Assembly (NCBI GenBank): GCA_964558645.1
Contig: CAZLEV010000007.1
Location: 1-64,000, forward strand
Direction: 5' to 3'
DNA: 64,000 nucleotides
DNA from: an uncultured archaeon
Lineage (GTDB): Archaea; Asgardarchaeota; Thorarchaeia; Thorarchaeales; Thorarchaeaceae
Numbering within the stretch: the stretch's first letter is position 1; each line of letters starts with the position of its first letter. Under the pieces are notes generated by a model that searched no databases, was not told the origin of the DNA, and worked only from the letters and a program-made list of their open reading frames with translations. Shown here piece by piece: positions 27,782 through 34,856 of this stretch. Position numbers and translations under genes: made by a program.

Positions 27782-29991
27782 CAGCAACGAGTTCCTCTGA
27801 GGATACTATACGCGCCGATGTGCAGGCTCTCTTGACGCGTGTGGGATTGAAGCCCAAGGGTGTCCAGGTTGATGCGATTGAGAATGGTCTGTTGGATGGA
27901 ACAAGTATCATGGTTTCTTCCCCAACAGGGTCGGGAAAGACACTGATAGGAGAAATGGCTTTGCTGCGCGCAGTCTTTGAGGGCCGTAAGGGGCTCTATA
28001 TCGTACCCCTGCGTGCACTCGCTCGACAGGTCGCAACCACTCTGCGAGAACGATATCAGACTCTCACTGGCCTGACGGTGGGTCTCAGTACTGGTGATTA
28101 CCAGCAGGGCGGGGACGAGCTAAGCGAGAACGACATCATCGTCACTACCTACGAACGTGCTGATTCTCTCTTGCGTCATCGCACAGATTGGCTCGATGAT
28201 ATCGGAACACTGGTCATCGATGAGATACAGAACTTGGACGACGTGAACCGCGGCCCTCGCCTCGAGACTGTGATCATGCGTATGCGACGGAGCATTCCTG
28301 ACAACCTACAGATTGTTGCTCTCTCCGCCACCGTGGGTGCACCTGATGAGTTGGCTGAGTGGCTTGGATGCAGGCTTGTAGAGTCGAACGAACGCCCTGT
28401 GCCGCTCCAATGTGCCGTTCTAGAGACTGCTGACCGTCAGGAAACCATCACAAGAGTGGTGATGTCAACCGTGAGGAGCAATGGGCAGGTGCTTGTGTTC
28501 GTGAGGACACGGGCATCAACAGAGTCCATGGCAGAAAGGCTAGCACCAAGTGTGACCAGGCAGCTCACCTCACGGGAGAGGGATTCGATAGTGAGTGAAC
28601 TTCAGAGCATTGAGCATTTTGGAACCACCGTTCCATTAACACTCCAGACGCTTCTCGAGTCTGGTGTTGCCTACCATCACGCTGGGTTAGACGCTCTAAC
28701 AAGGCGTCTTGTTGAAACTATGTTCCAGAAAGGGATGGTGAGATTGGTATGTTCTACTACAACTTTGGGCTCTGGCATGAATCTCCCTGCTCGTACGGTG
28801 ATAGTAAGCAGTGTGCGCAGTCCTGGTAATCATAGCGACTACATCGATACGAACAGGTTACACCAAATGCTCGGACGTGCAGGGCGGCCAGGAAAGGATA
28901 CGAAAGGCTTCGGTGTGGTGATAACTGAGAGCCGTGGAGAGGCAGAAATGGTGAAGTCTAGATACTTCATTGAGGGTGCTGGTGGCCTCGAGCCGAAGTT
29001 CTCAAGGATAGACAGTGCACTGAATAAGCCTGCTGCGCTAACCGAACAGCTCCTTGTTGCCCTCGACTTTCTTGGGGGGGCGGACTTGGAAACAATTGAA
29101 CATGATTACTTTGCTGATAGCTACCTGCAATTTCTAGCCGTTCGAGATACCATGGCTCCCATGAGGAGCTTCATCTTCGAAGAGGTCTCAGCAGTCGCCG
29201 TAATCGAGAAGCACGCACTTAGTGGAACCGTGCGAGCTGCTCGGCAATCTGTATTGGGTGCCGTGGACATACGAGAGGTTTCTGACTCCGTGATCGGTGG
29301 TCTCGTATCAGATGGTGGCAGCAATGCGTCCTGCCGATTCTCGATCAGACGAGACGAGAACGGCATGTCCGAGGGGGCGATGTGTAGTTGTGGCCGGCCT
29401 CTTGACGAATCGAGGGTTCTCTGCCCACATCTTGTGAATCTCGGTTTCTATGCTGCCCAGAAGTATCAAGAGATTGCCGACTACGTTATCCCCTTGTCAC
29501 TAAGTGAGTCAAGTCCTGTTCGGATCCTCGTTCGGATGGGGCTGATTGAAGGCGGGCAAAAGGGTCTGCGAGCGACACATCTTGGAAAGATAGTTTCGAG
29601 GCTTTACTTGAGCCCGGGGACAGTACGAGAGATACTGCCGCTGCTTCCGCTTACAGAAAGCAATATCGACCTGCTTGACCTATTGAAGATAGCCGCAAGG
29701 TGTGAGGGTGGGCAAACAGGCGTTGACCTAGAATTCATTGTGGGCACAGTGGTTTCCACTTCTATGCCCGTGGAAGAGATAGCTGAAACATGTGGCTTGC
29801 ATATCGGGGATGTCTATGCACTTCTGGACCTAACTGTTTGGCTGCTCTATGGCATCGCGGCTATTGCCGAGGCCGGGAACATGAAGCGAGTCGCAGAGAT
29901 GGCATGGGATGTCTACCGGCGAATAGAGGAACGACGAGGAGGAAAGTATGATGGAGGCGACAGAGAAGAGAGCGATAGAAGAACCGACTGA
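27778..29991 (+). CDS. Hel308/Ski2-family SF2 helicase with inserted SWIM zinc finger
   Basis: SPTGSGKT, YIVPLRALA, TGD, DEIQ, LSAT, YHHAGL, TTTLGSGMNLPA, QMLGRAGRPG; CSC-x10-CPH at 29383-29430. Start tentatively CTG 27778 (track start GTG 27820). Confidence 0.9.
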   Translation: MTATSSSEDTIRADVQALLTRVGLKPKGVQVDAIENGLLDGTSIMVSSPTGSGKTLIGEMALLRAVFEGRKGLYIVPLRALARQVATTLRERYQTLTGLTVGLSTGDYQQGGDELSENDIIVTTYERADSLLRHRTDWLDDIGTLVIDEIQNLDDVNRGPRLETVIMRMRRSIPDNLQIVALSATVGAPDELAEWLGCRLVESNERPVPLQCAVLETADRQETITRVVMSTVRSNGQVLVFVRTRASTESMAERLAPSVTRQLTSRERDSIVSELQSIEHFGTTVPLTLQTLLESGVAYHHAGLDALTRRLVETMFQKGMVRLVCSTTTLGSGMNLPARTVIVSSVRSPGNHSDYIDTNRLHQMLGRAGRPGKDTKGFGVVITESRGEAEMVKSRYFIEGAGGLEPKFSRIDSALNKPAALTEQLLVALDFLGGADLETIEHDYFADSYLQFLAVRDTMAPMRSFIFEEVSAVAVIEKHALSGTVRAARQSVLGAVDIREVSDSVIGGLVSDGGSNASCRFSIRRDENGMSEGAMCSCGRPLDESRVLCPHLVNLGFYAAQKYQEIADYVIPLSLSESSPVRILVRMGLIEGGQKGLRATHLGKIVSRLYLSPGTVREILPLLPLTESNIDLLDLLKIAARCEGGQTGVDLEFIVGTVVSTSMPVEEIAETCGLHIGDVYALLDLTVWLLYGIAAIAEAGNMKRVAEMAWDVYRRIEERRGGKYDGGDREESDRRTD

Positions 29992-31570
29992 GGAACATCC
30001 TGAAACAGAGTCTGAGGAAACTCCTGCAGAGACTGACAGTGACGTAGCGTGTATAATGAATAAGATGGGTTACACCACCCACCAGTTTGCGAATGGACTC
30101 TTGGCTGGTACTGATTACATCGGAATCAAAGGTACAAACTCAGTCTTGGTTGACACATTGATTGTTCTCGACCTTCGTAGTAGCAAGTTTGGTAGAAGTC
30201 CCCTTGCCATGAAGAGTGAGGTTTTGGAGGTTGCAACTCAGCCACTGGAACGGTTGTTGAACACTGTGAACTCAGGCGAACGTCTACAGCTACGAAAAGT
30301 TCCCACTGTCTGCGGGACACTGGAAATTCCTATGCTATTATCTGAGAGTGGCGATAACGGGTCGGAGGTTTTCGAGTCGAGATCTGCATATGTCATTGTT
30401 GATGGTGTTCGCCCTTCATCGGACTTCGATTGGTTTGCCGATGAGAGTCGAATCATAGGCTTGGATGAGTTCTCCCTCTGTGTGAATAGCAGCCGACGAA
30501 CGCGTGTCACTGAACTGTCCAAGAGTATAGACTCGAAGAAATGGGACCATATGAAAAAGAGCGTGCGGGGGTGGTATCTGGTCGCAGCACTGATCTTCGC
30601 AGCTGCAAACATTCTCGCTCTGCTCTCCGTGGCGTCACTCTTCTCTCTGCTTCTTCTCGTGGGCGACATACTGTTTATGATGTTCTTCTTTGCGGTGACA
30701 CGAAAGGCTGTCAATGATTTTCGTTCCACATGCCAGGTTGAACGGCAGGCTACGAAGAACATCGGTGATATGACCCGGTTCAAGAGAGGCTTGGAAGAGA
30801 ATAAGCAAGATCTGGAAATGATGGCCGAGCTGAATTTCGTCATATCTCCAATGGTATCTCTTGCTGCGCGCTCTCTCGCTAAGGACGACCTGGATAGTGC
30901 TGTGGAGATCATCGACCAAATCTTTACTGAATGCATTCTCAGATCGAGTTCTGTTGACAATGACTATTCTGGAGATAAGGGTCTTGCCAAGTTCATCGGC
31001 CTATTCGAGGGACTGGGAGTTCCAGGTATCAAAAAACAGAAAGAAGGAATTGCCCTCTCATACGTCGCACTGACAGGACACGTAACGAATCCTCTCTCAG
31101 AAGAGGAATTCATCAAGCATATCACCCTCCTCAATGATGTTCTGTTCCAAGCTGGACTTCTGCGTGCAGAGGCCAAGAGCACAGTCGATGACACAATCAA
31201 CTATCACTGTCTTGGCAAGGCTGTTCAAACTCTTGACGAGGAAATCGTTGACACCGATCCCGAACTAACCGGGAGAACGGCGGAGGAGAATCTTGTTTCT
31301 GACATTGAGGAGAGCGGTGAGGCGGCTGCCAAACAAGACGCCATCTCCGTTGAGGAGACAACGGTGAAAGAACCACCTTGTTCTGTGGATGACAGATCCG
31401 ATGAAGAAGGGCCAGAATATGCCAGCTCTGAGACCCCGCAAGACGCGGTTGATAGTGTTGCACCCGAGCCGATTGTCACGGGCCCCGAAGTTGTGAGTCG
31501 TCGCAGGAATAGCCTTGCGGAGGCTGACGGGCCAACAACAAGTGCTGCACTGAAGACGGAGGACGAATAA
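29948..31570 (+). CDS. Hypothetical membrane protein (central TM hairpin, acidic disordered termini)
   Basis: Two adjacent hydrophobic helices (aa ~208-251) followed by a helical region; E/T/S/P-rich N- and C-termini. Confidence 0.7.
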   Translation: MMEATEKRAIEEPTEEHPETESEETPAETDSDVACIMNKMGYTTHQFANGLLAGTDYIGIKGTNSVLVDTLIVLDLRSSKFGRSPLAMKSEVLEVATQPLERLLNTVNSGERLQLRKVPTVCGTLEIPMLLSESGDNGSEVFESRSAYVIVDGVRPSSDFDWFADESRIIGLDEFSLCVNSSRRTRVTELSKSIDSKKWDHMKKSVRGWYLVAALIFAAANILALLSVASLFSLLLLVGDILFMMFFFAVTRKAVNDFRSTCQVERQATKNIGDMTRFKRGLEENKQDLEMMAELNFVISPMVSLAARSLAKDDLDSAVEIIDQIFTECILRSSSVDNDYSGDKGLAKFIGLFEGLGVPGIKKQKEGIALSYVALTGHVTNPLSEEEFIKHITLLNDVLFQAGLLRAEAKSTVDDTINYHCLGKAVQTLDEEIVDTDPELTGRTAEENLVSDIEESGEAAAKQDAISVEETTVKEPPCSVDDRSDEEGPEYASSETPQDAVDSVAPEPIVTGPEVVSRRRNSLAEADGPTTSAALKTEDE

Positions 31571-32194
31571 GTGTCCGACGCGGGTATCCTGAAAGGGTTC
31601 GTGCACATTTCCGGGATTGGAGGTTCTGGAAAGACACTCTTGTGCTCCGCGATTGCCGCAAAACGGTCTCTTGAGGGTCATGTCCTCTGGTTCTGCCTTG
31701 ACGGAAAATACGCCTTCATCAAGACTCTGAAAAATATGTTTGATGCATATGCCGGTTTCAAGGACAATCTGACCATCCTCGTGACGCAGGATGGAGCGGA
31801 CGCAACTGAGACTCTCCTGACACTACGGGAGAGACTGCGTGATAACACGAAAACCATTGTCATTGATCCTATTACGAGAGTGCTTCATATGGGTCAGCGA
31901 GATGGTTCCCCTTGGGGACGTGAGCTCATCGAGGAGGTGCTACCTACCATTGCAGCTTTATCACTGTCAAGAGGTATTATGGTAGTTGTCACCAATCAAA
32001 TTCGGGAACTGAATGGAAACCAGGTGCCAGTATATCATGCGGCGATTAAGAAATGGGCTGATGTTGACCTGCAGCTTGAGACTGATGGTTCCACAGACGT
32101 CTTCTCTCTCCTCGACAATGAAAGCGATAGATGCTGGAGATTCAGAATTGCGAACAACAGGGTGAGTTTTGAGGAGGAGGGCGTAGTTCTGTGA
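31571..32194 (+). CDS. RadB/Rad51-paralog-like short RecA-fold ATPase
   Basis: VHISGIGGSGKT, IVIDPIT, VVVTNQIR; no N-terminal HhH domain. Confidence 0.8.
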   Translation: MSDAGILKGFVHISGIGGSGKTLLCSAIAAKRSLEGHVLWFCLDGKYAFIKTLKNMFDAYAGFKDNLTILVTQDGADATETLLTLRERLRDNTKTIVIDPITRVLHMGQRDGSPWGRELIEEVLPTIAALSLSRGIMVVVTNQIRELNGNQVPVYHAAIKKWADVDLQLETDGSTDVFSLLDNESDRCWRFRIANNRVSFEEEGVVL

Positions 32195-33066
32195 TCGGCA
32201 TACTTCGCATTGCCAAGCACGTTGTTGCAGCAGCTGTAGTCTTGGCACTGGGCGCTGAATTGCTGGCCTTGACAACTTCTATTGTCGTTCTGGTTAGACT
32301 CGGAAACATAACCCCACTAATCGTGTTGGCTGTCCTAACGTTTGGGATAATCTACCAGTCCGGACGGATGAAGACAGAGGAGGGTAAGAAGTTGAACCTC
32401 GCAAAGACGGTACTTGATGCGATGTCTCTTGTTCTCGGAGGAATGCTCTGTCTAACAATTTTCTTTATTGCACTGCCCTCCGGGATAGTTATGCTGCTCG
32501 GCTCGATAGGAGGCACCTGTGTCCTGATGGCTCTAGTCCGGAATCCCGGGAAGATCTCCATGGTCGTGTCAATGCCCTATGCCTCAGTACTTCGACATGA
32601 TATCTCTTCTCTGAACCTTCGGGTTTTCGAGCTTGAGAAGGGTCAGCGTGAGGGCGTCCTTCGAATGCTGGATGAGAGAAGTCTTCTTCGAGTCAGTATC
32701 TGGATACTTCAAGACCTTGACACCATAATATTCCCAACGCGTCACTCAGAGAGTGTTCGTGGGGTGCTAGATGAGTATGGTCTCCAATATAGTCGAATGG
32801 ATATGCTGCTCGAATCTGCTGTGTTAGCCCTTCCACTCAGCGATAGCGTTCGGCCTGAAGAATATGTGAGTCTTGTTCCGTCATTGAGAGAGAGAGTTAT
32901 CGAGAGATGGCCTGTGCGTATGATGCTTTTCCCCTCTCCAGAAGGAGTTTCAGTTCTTGTTCCTCGCAGTATTGTTCGAGGGATGCCTACTGAACCACTC
33001 TCGTCTGGTCAGGCATACCGTGCAGTGGTCTGCCATGAGCTGGTAACAGGTGATAACCTTGCCTAG
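32191..33066 (+). CDS. Hypothetical membrane protein (4 N-terminal TM helices + soluble domain)
   Basis: Four hydrophobic segments in aa 1-118; GTGA overlap and GGAGG SD. Confidence 0.7.
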   Translation: MIGILRIAKHVVAAAVVLALGAELLALTTSIVVLVRLGNITPLIVLAVLTFGIIYQSGRMKTEEGKKLNLAKTVLDAMSLVLGGMLCLTIFFIALPSGIVMLLGSIGGTCVLMALVRNPGKISMVVSMPYASVLRHDISSLNLRVFELEKGQREGVLRMLDERSLLRVSIWILQDLDTIIFPTRHSESVRGVLDEYGLQYSRMDMLLESAVLALPLSDSVRPEEYVSLVPSLRERVIERWPVRMMLFPSPEGVSVLVPRSIVRGMPTEPLSSGQAYRAVVCHELVTGDNLA

Positions 33067-33778
33067 AGAAGTTCCATTAGACGACGGCTATTCAAGTGCA
33101 GAGATACAGGTACGGCCTGACGTACTGCATACAGTGCTAGGGTCCTCGCTTCAGCCTCGCCTCATGTCAGTGGTATACAGCGAAGAGCGAGCCCCCCTGA
33201 CATGGTTTGCCCATCTTCTGGCAGTTTCAGCCGCCCACTCTGATACAGAAGTCGCCTTTATCGACTCCGGGACCAACTACTCCTCTGCTTCAGTTCGTGC
33301 ACTCTGCGCGGGGTCGGAGCTGGAAGTACTGAGGAGAATCCATGTTGGAAAGATTCTCGGGCTGGAAGCATTAGTAGACCTCATCGACGAGATGGCTGTT
33401 CTAGGACCGAGGCTTGTGATAATTGACAGTCTCACCGGCGCCCTGAATCTTAGTGGTGGCCCTTATAGCAAGGAATCAAACCGAAGATTCTTCTCAGCGC
33501 TTGATGCGCTGCGTCGCTTTGTAAACGAAAACCATTCGACCGTAGTCTTCACTGACCGTTCGACTAGACGTTGGAGTGATGGGACTCGTCGACCTGCAGG
33601 CGGGAATATCTTGGCCCATGCAGTGGATAGCGTGATCTACATTGCCAGTCTTGAGGGTGAGAAGAGGAACGAATATGTTAAGGTGAATATCGAACGGGCA
33701 CCATCCGGGGTCGAATATGATGCAGTAATCATACGACTAGGTTCGGGGGGCGTGAGATCGATAAGGAGCGATACGTGA
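33050..33778 (+). CDS. Rad51/RadB-paralog-like RecA-fold protein lacking Walker A
   Basis: VAFIDSGTNY, LVIIDSLT, VVFTD, RPAGGNILAHAVD; P-loop position reads YSEERAPLT. Confidence 0.78.
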   Translation: MITLPREVPLDDGYSSAEIQVRPDVLHTVLGSSLQPRLMSVVYSEERAPLTWFAHLLAVSAAHSDTEVAFIDSGTNYSSASVRALCAGSELEVLRRIHVGKILGLEALVDLIDEMAVLGPRLVIIDSLTGALNLSGGPYSKESNRRFFSALDALRRFVNENHSTVVFTDRSTRRWSDGTRRPAGGNILAHAVDSVIYIASLEGEKRNEYVKVNIERAPSGVEYDAVIIRLGSGGVRSIRSDT

Positions 33779-34771
33779 ATGGGCGTTCGTAACTGGAAGG
33801 GTCTGTTGCACTGGAGCTGGCAGTCCTTGGAGGAGATTAGCGTCCCGATACTAGCTATCGACTTTCCCAACTACATGTCAAGGAGGCTCAGTGTGTATTC
33901 GAACCGGAGGAATCCCGAGCGGATTCCCACAGAGCATGTGTCTATCCTTGTTGGCATCGTACGTGCCTCACTTCGAGCCAATGTTCTTCCAATGTTCGTA
34001 TTTGACGGGCCACCTGAGGCCTTGAAGCGCCGTTCTAACCCTGAGCTTGTCTTGAATGCACATCGTTTGTATCGCCGATTCTGTGGCAATGGGAATGCGT
34101 ACGACGAAGATATTGCCTATGAACTACGGACCAGCCCTGCCCTTCGACTATACTTTGCTGCTGAACATGTCAAGGAGTTATCTAGTCTTTGTGGCATTCC
34201 TGGGGTCACTGCGCCATCAGAGGCAGAGCTCTTTGCTGCGGTGTTATGTCGTGAGAGAAAGGTGGGCACAGTGGTCAGCAACGATGCCGATACGATTCTC
34301 TTCGGCTCGCCCCACGCAAGCAGAGCTATGAAACTCACACAGGGCCGTATCGAGAGTACCACATTGGCGTCATTGATTAGTGAGACAACTCTGACCCTCT
34401 CACAGTTGCGTGATCTTGCAGTCCTATCCGGGTGTGATTTCCACTCCGGAGTGAAAGGTGTCGGCCCGAGAAAGGGTACTGTCTTGCTACGCAGGCATGG
34501 TGACCTACCATCGGTTCTAAGGCATCTTGGTGTTTCTTTTGAAGAGAGGGATGGGTTGATGCGCGCACGAGAGGTCTTTGATGAGGGAGAGATATCAATT
34601 CACGTCGGAAACACCAACTTCACGTTATCTCCACCTCTACCATCTCGCCTGATGAAGACGCTTAGTCTGACAATGAGTGAAGCTAGAGCCGAGAAGATAA
34701 CACGTGACATCGTTCGGTCTTGGAAGGACTTCGGAAACACACAATCTACGCTTGAGAGCTTTGTTCGATGA
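33779..34771 (+). CDS. fen: FEN1/XPG/GEN1-superfamily 5' nuclease with PCNA-interacting motif
   Basis: MGV N-terminus, LAID, VFDG..P..K, APSEAE, SNDAD..LFG, H3TH GCDFHSGVKGVGPRK, C-terminal PIP box QSTLESF. Divergent, possibly a paralog. Confidence 0.88.
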   Translation: MGVRNWKGLLHWSWQSLEEISVPILAIDFPNYMSRRLSVYSNRRNPERIPTEHVSILVGIVRASLRANVLPMFVFDGPPEALKRRSNPELVLNAHRLYRRFCGNGNAYDEDIAYELRTSPALRLYFAAEHVKELSSLCGIPGVTAPSEAELFAAVLCRERKVGTVVSNDADTILFGSPHASRAMKLTQGRIESTTLASLISETTLTLSQLRDLAVLSGCDFHSGVKGVGPRKGTVLLRRHGDLPSVLRHLGVSFEERDGLMRAREVFDEGEISIHVGNTNFTLSPPLPSRLMKTLSLTMSEARAEKITRDIVRSWKDFGNTQSTLESFVR

Positions 34772-34856
34772 GAGACATACCGTGACGAACCCTCCTCAAG
34801 GTCCTTGACCTAGCAACCACTTCGCTTAGATTGCTGAAAATGAGAATGATGAATAG

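Noticed and set aside
30238-30960. Long antisense ORFs (e.g. 30238-30960, 15495-16103, 36805-37413, 26899-27465, 52403-52960)
   Set aside because: They lie opposite well-supported genes, have no motifs, and show composition typical of shadow frames.
18942-34771. Provirus or conjugative plasmid interpretation of the operon
   Set aside because: No capsid, terminase, primase/polymerase, relaxase or integrase motifs recognised. Not fully excluded, because several ORFs are unknown.
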